The notes under the pieces were generated by a model. The model worked only from the letters and a program-made list of their open reading frames with translations, had not been told where the DNA came from and made no database searches. Position numbers and translations under genes: made by a program. A stretch of 64,000 nt of DNA, taken from positions 13,020,001 to 13,084,000 of the forward strand of contig OX597832.1 in the NCBI GenBank assembly GCA_951406725.2, read 5' to 3'. Shown one piece after another: positions 28,791 to 40,240 of the stretch; position 1 is the first letter of the stretch; the number at the start of each line of letters is the position of its first letter. The stretch comes from Octopus vulgaris (lineage: Eukaryota).

Positions 28791-29992
28791 TATTTTAAAT
28801 GATATCTCAATTGATAACTGTATACTGGAATCATTTTGCATAAAATTCACTTTGACTTACATATCACTCCTACATAGTATATTATATATTTAACTAGAAA
28901 GATAAGATTATAATTTCTCTCTCTGATGGTACTATTTAATACTTATTGATTTAAATTATTTGATTTATTTCTATTGGACCATATTATTAATAAATTAAAT
29001 TTTGCTCTATTTGTATCTCCATTTCTTAGTCTATTTTTTAACCCATATATAAATATTAGTTAGTTAAATCTCTTAATTTCTTTTACACTAAAAATTAATT
29101 CTGCTAATCCCAGACCTATCGTAGTGTATTGTGATGTGATATAATATAATATAAAATAATATAATATAATATAGTGTAGTGTATTATAGAATAGTATAAT
29201 AATAATATAATTGTTTGATTTCATTTAAAAACAACCCCATTTTACTTTCCTTTCTAATGACCTCTCATTGTAACCTGACAATCTATTAATAGTAACATTT
29301 ATAAATAAAGAAATAAATTGTTGACCTCAGTTCGAATTTTGCACTAAACAAGCTTAGATTTTCTGTTAGTATCAACTTGTGCCCATCCCCTTAGCTTCCC
29401 CTTTCCTTTCTCTTTGCTAGCTTAAATAGCAGTAACTGATTAAATTTCTACTTCCTTCCTCCTCTTTCTGTGATTCTTGTAAAATTCATTAACAACCTGA
29501 ACCGCTACAATATAAGACTGTCATTTTGCTTCTCATTCGGATTCCCTGATATTTTTCGCATGATTGTACCCTAAATCTCTTCACAAAACTGGATTATGAA
29601 CTATAAGGACATGCACATATTCTGTAAGTTCAAGACTTTTCATCGGATCTCCAAGAATCGAACTTATCTGCGATTCTTGTAAATTTCAATAACAATCTGT
29701 TCCTCTACACAATATGACAGTCACTTTGCTTTTACTCAGACTTTCCCCTACATGATATGGCAGTCACTTTGCCTCTTACTCGAATTTTCAGAAATTTTGC
29801 ATGACTGTATCCGAAAATGTCTTCACACAACTTGATTAAAAATTCAATATGAGCTATATGTAGACATGCACAAATTCTGTAAGTTTAAAACCTTTCATCG
29901 GATCTCCATGAATCGAACTTTCTTCAATGCAGTTAATCTTACAACCTCTTTTGTATCTACCCCTTTTGATGTTTGGGAATTCTCTGATGTTT

Positions 29993-30080
29993 TTTCGGCT
30001 GACGAGTACGAGCCATCTGTATTCACTGCATTTTTTGTAGCTTATTAAAGATGTCCTCGTACGAAACGATCGTACCGAGA
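29993..30080 (+). ncRNA. Type I hammerhead ribozyme
   Basis: UUUCGG-CUGACGA-GUACGAG...CUCGUAC-GAAA-CGAUCG-UA-CCGAGA. Complete core; predicted cleavage after GUA (30074). Confidence 0.87.
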
Positions 30081-30321
30081 TTTTAATCCATTCTTGTTGC
30101 TTTTTTTCCTATTTGTAATCATCCCACTTGTCGTATGGTTAACACCATATAGATTTCCGGTGCATCCTAGTTAAGGACCATATTCATGTGAATTCTTTAG
30201 AATTCACTAGAATCTCAATTACTTAACCGAATATATATATATATATATATACTTCTGCTCTATTTAGATAACTGATAGGCTCTGTTCTAATTCAAATTGT
30301 ATTGGATATTTTTCCTTTTCA

Positions 30322-30503
30322 GTTCTATATTTAAGAGATGGGGATTTATGTACATTATTTACATTATTTACATTTGACGGATATTTCTTCTCATCTTGTT
30401 TATTGTTAGCACAACGTTTCAGCTGATATAACCTCCACCATTCATCAGGTATCTTGTGAAAATTTCGAAACTGGATCCTCATTCCTAAGGTATTTTCCGA
30501 TGT
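30322..30503 (-). mobile_element. HHR-bearing repeat family 2, left arm (degenerate HHR ~30408-30453)
   Basis: Homologous to 13704-13888. Confidence 0.75.
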
Positions 30504-30516
30504 TGATGATGTTGTG

Positions 30517-30580
<64 letters not shown>

Positions 30581-30594
30581 GCCATATTCCCTTC

Positions 30595-30657
30595 GGCATA
30601 TGACGTAGTGGTTAAGAGTGCGGGCTACTAACCCCAAGATACCTTGTTCGATTCCTA
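30595..30657 (+). other. Isolated tRNA-like/SINE head with Pol III A and B boxes
   Basis: tgacgtagtgg (A box) ... gttcgattcc (B box), between (TTA)n and (TAA)n. Confidence 0.55.
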
Positions 30658-30660
30658 GTA

Positions 30661-30811
<151 letters not shown>

Positions 30812-31293
30812 AACGAGAAAGCAACCATACTCTGGGATATGCCGATACACACAGATAGAGAAATTAAGGCCAACAGACCAGATATAGTTGTCAGAGATCA
30901 TGAAGGAAAAAAATGCTTTTTAATTGATGTATCAATACCGGCAGATGACAACGTGTCTCTAAAAGAAATGGAGAAACTCTCAAAATACAAAGACCTGGAA
31001 ATAGAGGTAACTAGAATGTGGAATCTGAAAACAGAAACAATTCCTATCATAGTAGGTGCATTAGGCATGATAAAAAAATATTCAGACAAATACATAACAA
31101 AAACACCAGGACTTACAAACACATATAACATACAGAAAATTGCACTACTAGGCACTGCCCACATCCTACGCAGAACACTTTCCATACAATAACCATCAGA
31201 GCATCACAACAAATCACAGCACATACCCAAGGCACACAGAGCTGCGCTCGGTAGTGAAGTGAAAGCACGCTATAAAAATAAAAAATAAAACTA

Positions 31294-31297
<4 letters not shown>
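30812..31297 (+). mobile_element. 5'-truncated R4/Dong-clade non-LTR retrotransposon (restriction-like endonuclease C-terminus + 3' UTR) in (TAA)n
   Basis: NEKATILWDMPIHTDREIKANRPDIVV..CFLIDVSIP..KEMEKLSKYKDL..IPIIVGALG..IQKIALLGTAHILRRTL* has the PD..D RLE motif; (TAA)n on both sides is the known Dong target. Confidence 0.85.
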
Positions 31298-31373
<76 letters not shown>

Positions 31374-31380
31374 TAATAAC

Positions 31381-31530
31381 AACATCCAACACACCTTAGG
31401 AATGAGAATTCGGGTTCGAAATTTGCACAAGACACCTGATGAAAACCTGGAGGGTATATCAGTTGAAACGCTGTGTTAACAATATAAAAGATGAGAAAAA
31501 TATCAGTCAAATATAAATAATGTAAATAAT
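31381..31530 (+). mobile_element. HHR-bearing repeat family 2, right arm (degenerate HHR 31431-31477)
   Basis: gacacctgatgaaaacctggagggtatatcagttgaaacgctgtgtt. Confidence 0.75.
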
Positions 31531-31755
31531 TTTTCCCTTTGTTTTGCTAAAATATATGTAGAGAGAGATAGAGGGAGTGAGAAAGATAGAAAGAGAGAGA
31601 AAGAGATGGTGATAGATAAATAGACAGATAAATACATATATTCACATAGAAAAAGTTATAGATATATATGTACGTATAAATATGTATTAGCATTTTATGT
31701 GAGTCTGAGTGTATGTGTGTGTTTGTATATATATATATATATATATCCATTTATT

Positions 31756-31912
31756 AGTGTGGTAAGTAGCTTGCTAACCAACCACATGGTTCCGGGTTCA
31801 GTCCCACTGCGTGGCACCTTGGGTAAGTGTCTTCTGCTATAGACCCGGGCCGACCAATGTCTTGTGAGTGGATTTGGTAGACGGAACCTGAAAGAAGCCT
31901 GTCGTATATATG

Positions 31913-31943
<31 letters not shown>

Positions 31944-32147
31944 ATATGTTTGTGTGTCTGTGTTTGTCCCCCTAGCATTGCTTGACAACCGATGCTGGTG
32001 TGTTTATGTCCCCGTCACTTGGCGGTTCGGCAAAAAGAGACCGATAGAATAAGTACTGGGCTTACAAACAATAAGTCCCGGGGTCGATCTGCTCGACTAA
32101 AGGCAGTGCTCCAGCATGGCCGCAGTCAAATGACTGAAACAAGTAAA
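31756..32147 (+). mobile_element. SINE family A
   Basis: Consensus match. Confidence 0.87.
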
Positions 32148-32164
32148 ATAAATTTATATACATA

Positions 32165-32226
<62 letters not shown>

Positions 32227-32254
32227 CATACATATATATCAATATTTCTATATC

Positions 32255-32517
32255 TCTCTAAACGAGACTATGTCTACAGTACTGGATATTAATAGTTATC
32301 AACAAGCTAACATGGCAGTTCAGAAAAATAGGACGAATGCTGCCGTTGATTACCTCCAAGAGTCCATCGCCTCTAGCTAGTTATGTGACACACAAAGCTG
32401 TATCCCTTTCAATCTTCGAATAGGGGACGTCATCAAATTCCCCTACCTGGTTCAACAACCACAGACTAGTTTCGGGGTATTTTCTGGACTGCCATGCTAG
32501 CTTGACGATAACTATTA
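32255..32517. mobile_element. Fold-back element with 38-bp inverted arms (32290-32327 / 32480-32517)
   Basis: taatagttatcaacaagctaacatggcagttcagaaaa vs its reverse complement, 4 mismatches. Confidence 0.75.
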
Positions 32518-32519
32518 TG

Positions 32520-32551
<32 letters not shown>

Positions 32552-33789
32552 CACGTATGTGCCTCTGTGTGTGAGTATATATATATATGTGTGTGCGTTT
32601 GTGTATATGTATATATAAATACGTATGCATGCACATATATCTACAGAGCCATATATATGCATGTGCATGAATGTGTGTGTGTTTGTGTGTCTTAGTGTGT
32701 ACACAGATATATCTATATTGCAATGATGTTCAGATATGCTTTTGTGCCTACAAACTTGTGTGCAGCTTTCTGTGTCTGTCAGTATATTGTATGCGTCTGT
32801 AGGCTTGTGTGCGTTTGTGTGTGCATGTGTGTGCGTTAGTGTGTGTACGAGTGTGTGCTTCTAAATGACAGCTTTCAAATACGAGCATGAGAACATTACG
32901 ATTTCAGGATGTGTATACAAACAGTTTTTTCCTAATAATGGAAAATATGTATAATCTAGATTAATTCTACTGTCTATATATGTGTATAATCTATTTTAAT
33001 ACTACCGTCTATACAAAACAGTCATGGGACATTAAGGATATTCCATGTGTCTCATAAAATAGATTAGCGAGATGCAGTTACTGTTGGATTTCTGCATCAT
33101 CGGCTTATAACTTCCAATCTTCATTTGATCGGTATGATTTCATTTAGTCGCGACGATGACACTTTTTCCTGTCTCCTTCCATTTAATATTTTCTTTCCGT
33201 TCTTACTTTCTTTTTTCTCTCTGTTCTCGACCAGACTACTGAACGTATCACTTCATTTCTTTCAGTGTTTTTACTTATCAGTTATCTGCATCGTCTTAAA
33301 TTCTGTACTTTTAACCAGCCTATTCTGCGACTGTATAATATCATTTATCTTCCAAGTAGATTTGGGGGAGAAGGTTTAAAATTGAGACCTCAATAATCTC
33401 GAATGGTATGATAACCTGAAAGTAATATTTAAACAGTAGAAGATTGTGCGAGCTCCACTCATTTTCGTCTGAGATTCTTACACACATATGAACATTATTC
33501 CAAAATACAGGCGAACTGAATGCTTGAGCAAGTAATTTGACTAATTATAACAAAAGATCCATCAGATCACAGCTGATTTTATTGTCGTATATAATTTCAA
33601 TTCTTATTCACAAATTCAGATAAGGTATTCAAGAAACTTGCAACGCGACACAGATTTGCAAAACACAAGAGATGATATTAGAGACTATGAAAGACTAGGG
33701 AGGGTCAGTTTATGAATATTAGGGCAGAATGTTCAGTTTACGTAATCATTTGCAATGAATGTCGTTATGTGCGTTGAAAATGCCTCTCT

Positions 33790-35127
33790 GTTGTCAATTT
33801 TAGGAGAGGCTATAAGTCGATTACATCAACCCCAGTGCTCAGCTACTACTTATTTCATAGGCCCCGAAGGATCAAAGGCAAAGTCGACACCAGCGGAACG
33901 TAAACGCGGACGAAATGCCGCTAAGCATTTTGCCCGTCGCTGTAACGGGTCTGACAGCTTGCAACATTCATCTGCTGTTTTATCGGTTTCAAACTTTAGC
34001 ACGAAGCCAGCCACTTGGCGAGGGGAGGGGTCATGCTTCTTACATCGAACTTAGTGCTGAAATGGTGCTTATGTTAATCGGCCTCGAAATTATGAAAGGC
34101 AAAGTCGACCTCAAAACATGAAGACGAACGAAATATCGTTAATGATGCTACCAGCTCGCCGCCTCTTCCCTGCTGTAATATTCCTCTCTACTATAAGCAC
34201 GAGGCCTTAAACTTTGTGGTAAATATGTAAGATGGTCTGCCTCCGCGGAATATGAAGTCAGAACGTAAAGACGTTCGAAATTCTTATAAGCATGTTTTCC
34301 ACAGCGGGCATTTTCCACAGGGATATTTACTCTATGAACGGCAGATAAAAAAATTCATTTTTTGTAGCTAAACACTTTCAAAACTGCAGACACTGGTAGA
34401 ATGTGTCATATGAAACATCTTTTACTCTTAGTGTTGTTGAGAAAAATTTATATTTTCAAAGTAATTTCGTGTTAAAGTAGTCGTATTTCGGTAATTTCAA
34501 CCAATCAAGACGTGTATTCAGCTGAAAAAAAATTACTGCCGTTGTTTGTCAACAACAACTATTGGCGGGGTTTGATTTCAGAAGATAAAGACGGAAATGA
34601 TAAATGAAGAAATTGGATGGGGATGGTGGCAAAAAAGTTTTTCCGATAATAGCTGGAAAACAGGAAAATTTCTCGATCTGCCGTTCAAAGGGAAAAGATC
34701 CAGCAAAAGGCCAACAAAATCGTAGGCGGAGGGTAAGTTTATTTCATGGTCTCTAGTACTCCACTGATACTTAATTTATCGACCATGAAAGGCACAGTCG
34801 ACTTCGGCGGGGTTTGCTTTCAGAAGATAAAGACGGACGAAATGCTTTTAAGCATTTTGCCCGGCGTACTAACGATTCTGCCAACTGAGCGGTGTTTTTC
34901 TCAGCTGTAATACTGGTTTCAAGTTTTGGCACAAGGCCAGCAAATTTCAGGGAAGGGAGTAGTGGAAGGAATTGACCCCCAGTACTCAACTGGTAATATT
35001 TTACAACCCCGAAAGTTTGAAAGGCAAAGTCGATGTCGGCGAATTTAAACTCAGACTGTAAAGACAGACGGAATACTGCTACGCATTTTGTCCGGCGTGC
35101 TAAGCATTTTGTCCCACTTGCCACCTC
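33790..35127 (-). mobile_element. Cluster of about four degenerate SINE family B copies (minus strand), interrupted by a MITE
   Basis: Repeated aaggcaaagtcgac...gacgaaatgc..taagcattttgcccggcg motifs. Confidence 0.7.
34321..34701. mobile_element. MITE with ~26-bp imperfect TIRs; related partial copy at ~55667-55900
   Basis: ggatatttactctatgaacggcagat ... atctgccgttcaaagggaaaagatcc. Confidence 0.7.
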
Positions 35128-35156
35128 TTTCTATTGTAATATTAAGAACGATTAAA

Positions 35157-35722
35157 GGCGGCGAGCTGGCAGACACGTTAGTACGCCGGGCGAAATGCGT
35201 AGCCGTATTTCGTCTGCCGTTACGTTGTGAGTTCAAATTCCGCAGAGTTCTAGTTTGCCTTTTATCCTTTCGGGGTCGATAAATTAAGTACCAGTTACGC
35301 ACTGGGGTCGATATAATCGACTTAACCCGTGTGTTTGTCCTCTCTGTGTTTAGCCCCTTGTGAGTAGTAAAGAAATAGTATTTCGTCGGCCGCTACGTTC
35401 TGAGCTCAAATTCCGCCGAGGCCGACTTTGCTTTTCATCCTTTCGGGATCGATAAATTATGCACCAGTTACGCTCTGGGGTCGATATAATCGACTTAATC
35501 TGTCTTTCTGTCCTTGTTTGTCCTCTCTGTGTTTAGGCCCTTGTGGGTAGTAATGAAATAGATATTTCGTATGTTTTTACGTTCAGATTTCAAATTCCGC
35601 CACGGTCGACTTTGTCTTTCATCCTTTCGGTGTCGATAAATTATGCACCAGTTGCGTACTGGGATCGATCTAATCGACTGGCCTCTTCCCCCAATATTTT
35701 GAGCCTTGTGCCTAGAGCAGAA
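35157..35722 (+). mobile_element. SINE family B (tRNA head + Meta/Sauria-like central domain), head-to-tail trimer
   Basis: ggcggcgagctggcaga...gttcaaattcc...gcctttcatcctttcggggtcgataaattaagtacc, three units. Confidence 0.82.
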
Positions 35723-36159
35723 AAAACATCAAGAAGTATTCTTCTAAAAATTCCGATGTAGCTGCTACTTACTCGTGTCATGCTGTTAAACATATTCGAA
35801 AGTAACGATTAATAATTTGATATGAAAATTATTCTAGTTCCTTTCTCTTTATCTCCTAGCATATTTCGAAATGCCAGAATTAAGTTTCCAATTCGGTTGA
35901 CCAAGGAGTGCTTATGCCAGTAAATTATATTCCTAATTAATTCTCTGGTGAACTGATCTAATATTACGGGTGTGAGCAGTTGTTCTATTCTACCGTCATA
36001 CAATATATTACGGGACTCGTGTGAAAATTTTAATAAACTTGCACCTAATAAATTTTTAGTATTTCACCTGGTATAATATTGAGAGATGATTTGATTAATT
36101 GAGTTAATGGCGCCGCCAAAATACATACAACTGGCAAAAATGAGCAGTACCTCTATCTC

Positions 36160-36327
36160 AAAGGGCCATACTTGTCATACACTGTGTCACACTTAATGTC
36201 TCTGGGAAATACGTTAAGGGTACAAGTGTCTGTGGAGTGCTCAACCACTTGCACGTTAATTTCACGAGCAAGCTGTTCCGTTGATCTTATCAGCTGGGAC
36301 CCTCGTCGTCGTAACCGACGGAGTGCT

Positions 36328-36329
<2 letters not shown>
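36160..36329 (+). mobile_element. 3' tail module of SINE family C
   Basis: Matches 62370-62537. Confidence 0.75.
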
Positions 36330-36371
<42 letters not shown>

Positions 36372-36718
36372 CGTAAACACACACATACATATACATACAT
36401 GCATATATACATACATTGATAAATACATAAATGCATACATATATACCTGAATACATAGATACGTGTAGGTATGTATATACGCGTGTATCAATGCGTATTG
36501 GTACATGTGATTATTGTACTATATAACCGCATGTATTAAATTATCTATACATTATTCATTAAACTATAGATGTGTGTGTCTATATATATTGAGAGAGAGA
36601 GAAAGAGAGAGAGAGAGAGTGAGAAAGCGAGAATGGTGATATATGAATACAAAAAAAAGTATCTTAGATGAAATTATGTTAGCAAGAGACTGATATGTCT
36701 TTATGTGTGTGCGATTTC

Positions 36719-36761
<43 letters not shown>

Positions 36762-37141
36762 GTATGAAGAGAGAGAGAGAGACAGACAGACAGGTAATCA
36801 GACAGAGACAGAGAAAGAGAGAGTTTGTGTCAGTATGTATGCAGAGGAAACCTTATAATGAAGCACTTTGAAACAGATTTCCATGAAATATTTCAGGGAC
36901 AATCACTGTTTAGAATGTCGGTGTACCATAAATATTTAATCAATTTATCTGACACCTGATGACACCAATATAATTAACAGAATAGAACATAAAGCGTTGG
37001 TATTTCCATTAAAATAGCCGGCATTGACTTTGAACAAATTGGATCATTTAATCCCCATACATATTATATATCCCTATCACTTATCGATGTTAGACACAGA
37101 CAAAAACAAATACTGATTGAATGAAACATAACAGGAAATCA

Positions 37142-37230
<89 letters not shown>

Positions 37231-37299
37231 TATATATAGATATATATACATACAGGTATGTATGTAAATATTTTCATGTATGCGTATCTATATATATAC

Positions 37300-37330
<31 letters not shown>

Positions 37331-37375
37331 CACATGCACATACATATATATTTATATATATAAACACACACACAC

Positions 37376-37431
<56 letters not shown>

Positions 37432-37514
37432 GTGCGTGTATGTGTCTTTATATATGCACACACAAGCAGGCGAAAATACGTAAATGTGCATCCGCATATA
37501 TCTGCAAATATATA

Positions 37515-37578
<64 letters not shown>

Positions 37579-37631
37579 ATATGAATATATGTATATAAAT
37601 ATATCTATCAATATATCTATCTATCTATTTA

Positions 37632-37662
<31 letters not shown>

Positions 37663-38656
37663 ATATATATATATATAGATAGATAGATAGATAGATATAT
37701 ATATATGTATACACATACACGCACACACATGTATATATACTCATATATCTACGTACACACACACACACACACTCACACATACACTCACTCACACTCACAC
37801 ACACACACACACTCACTCACAAAGGGTGAAACGATAACTACAGCCATTTAATTTTTCTCGAAATCATAACAAAACACATTAAAGAGCAGAGCCTCCTCTC
37901 TTTAAATTGCCAAAAAGAAGAAAATTAAGAAAAACAAAACAAGAAGTTCATATATTTAATTAATTAAAAATCTGAAGAGGATTTTCAGAACAACCAATGT
38001 AGGGGCTATGATCTGAAATACAAAAAAAAATCGAAATAACGAAAAAATAAAAAAAAAAGAACAGAAATAAAACAAGAAAAAAAAATTGAAATTCAAGTTA
38101 TCGTAGCAAATTAAATTGGAACACAGAAAAATATAGAAAACAAGAGTTTTCTTAACAAGTTTACTTAAACAGTCAGGAAGTAATTAGCTTAAATTAAGCA
38201 TAGGTATTGATTGCTCGTGGGAAATTTAAAACTGAACGATTAAATGAAGGAGAAGCAAAAAAAGAAAAATAATAATAATACATGACTATATAAAAATAGA
38301 AAGAAAAAGGTGAACTTAATAAAAGTAAGTATATAATGAAAATTTATTCTCAAAGGTAAGTGAGAAAAAAAATTTGAATGCGATGTATGCCGGTGCGAGA
38401 AAAAAATATACTCGATAAAATGAATATGCCGAAAAAATATATTTCGCGGCAGTTATATAAAAAGTAATGATAACTATCTTGTAACAAACGAGATAGACAT
38501 AGATAAATTGAGAGAGGAGAGTGTAGAAACAGGAAAAGAGAACGAGACACAGAGACAGAGGATTGCTATGGCTCTGCATAGTTACAGTATTCATTTTTAA
38601 TACTGAGAGGAATGAAATCAATATATTAGATATTGAATCTGTGAGGTTTCAATAGA

Positions 38657-38718
<62 letters not shown>

Positions 38719-38977
38719 GTCTACCTGCCTACATGTGTGTATATATATTTTTATCATTTAAAGTTCTCAATGTACTGCAGCTATCCTGGGGCATTCTTTG
38801 AACGATTTTAATCGAACGAATCCACCCTGTACTTACCCTTATTTCTTGAAGCGAGGAATTTTTTCTATCGCTCATTTTTTGTTGGACCGTTAAATTATGG
38901 GAACAACACCTGTTGTAGAACTGTGACGGGGGCAAGCTCAAACACAGAGACACACACACATACACACAACCCCCACC

Positions 38978-39058
<81 letters not shown>

Positions 39059-39101
39059 GTAAGAAGGTTTGAAAAGGCAATTTTAAAAGATATTTATTTA
39101 A

Positions 39102-39344
39102 TTTACCGGTTTCAATCTTTAGAAAAAGTTTGTCAAAAGTAACAAGAGAATGTATATTTATGTTGTAATCTTTTGTGCCCAATAGTTTAATGAAGTTGTT
39201 AAACTTTTTTATGTCCTTAACATGTTCTTGTTACCAAAGACTGTATATATGTATCGTAGCATTTTGTGACAACCAATAATTGACATAACCAAACTTTTAC
39301 ATGTTACTTTTGACTATCTTTTTCTAAAGAGTGATACCGGTAAA
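39102..39344. mobile_element. Fold-back element with 43-bp inverted arms (39102-39144 / 39302-39344)
   Basis: tttaccggtttcaatctttagaaaaagtttgtcaaaagtaaca vs its reverse complement, 4 mismatches. Confidence 0.75.
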
Positions 39345-39385
<41 letters not shown>

Positions 39386-39388
39386 TAT

Positions 39389-39667
39389 ATCACGTGATCA
39401 CGTGACAGACCAGGCTATCAGATGTTGTTACACATCGCTGGTCACAATGCGCTTAAAATGACGCCACCCCGCTGGCTAAGCGAGCAGGCCAACAGAAGAA
39501 AGAGTGAGAGAAAGTTGTGGTGAAAGACTACAGCAGGGATCGCCACCACCCCTTGTTGGAGTCTCGTGGAGCTTTAGATGTTTTCACTCAATAAACACTC
39601 ACAACGCCCGGTCTGGTACCGAAACCGCGAGTCCGCTGTCCTAGCAACTGGGACATTGCGCCTCCAC
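39389..39667 (-). mobile_element. SINE family C (tRNA-Arg-like head), tail type 1
   Basis: Minus strand: gtggaggcgcaatgtcccagttgctaggacagcggactcgcgg...ctttcaccacaactttctctcactc...cacgtgatcacgtgat. Confidence 0.8.
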
Positions 39668-39780
39668 ATATATATATATATATATATATATTTATTAATA
39701 ATAAATATTAGGGAATAAATCCAAACTTACAGGGAAAAATCAGATTTAGGATTGAATCCAATTTTATAGTAAAATATTAT

Positions 39781-39919
39781 ATTATATTAAATTAGAGACA
39801 AAACCACTACTATGTATATCAAACAAAGAAAGACTTAATCCAATACATAAAGTAATTTATGTATTGGATTAAGTCTTTCTTTGTTTGATTTGCATAATAG
39901 TGGTTTTGTCTCTAATTTA

Positions 39920-39926
<7 letters not shown>
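39781..39926. repeat. 71-bp-arm palindrome with a 4-nt loop
   Basis: 39781-39851 vs 39856-39926, 3 mismatches. Confidence 0.92.
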
Positions 39927-39968
<42 letters not shown>

Positions 39969-40075
39969 GTATAACTAACTTGGAAATGGATGCGTGGCGT
40001 TCGATCATATAATAACATAAATAATATATAAACATATGCATATATACATACATATATGTACATACCTACATCTAT

Positions 40076-40240
40076 ACAGGACACCAAAAAACGTTAAACA
40101 CAATGAGAAACGAAAACATAAAAACAAAACCATGGAAACGAACTTTTTCTCAAACAACGAAAAAACAGAGAAACAAGACATACAACACAGGGAATAGTCC
40201 CCTTCTTCAGTTGTCTCTGTTTCGTCTACTCTGCGTTCGA
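40076..40240 (+). repeat. Dispersed repeat; diverged inverted relative at ~45680-45836
   Basis: Shared tacaggac..aacg..aaacaagac..cctt(c/t)..gttgtc..tctactc..ttcgag pattern. Confidence 0.55.

Larger units (their letters stand above)
28343..30230 (+). mobile_element. 5'-truncated Penelope-like retroelement with an inverted copy of its 3' region at the 5' junction
   Basis: GIY-YIG C-terminal ORF remnant, long 3' UTR with an HHR, ~273 bp inverted repeat (28343-28615 vs 29839-30112), (TA)n on both sides. Confidence 0.82.

Noticed and set aside
30595-30657. Functional tRNA gene
   Set aside because: No complete acceptor stem/cloverleaf; treated as a SINE head. The same applies to 62669-62765.
36950-37005. 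gacacCTGATGA, possible HHR
   Set aside because: No GAAA after a stem II and no stem III/cleavage triplet
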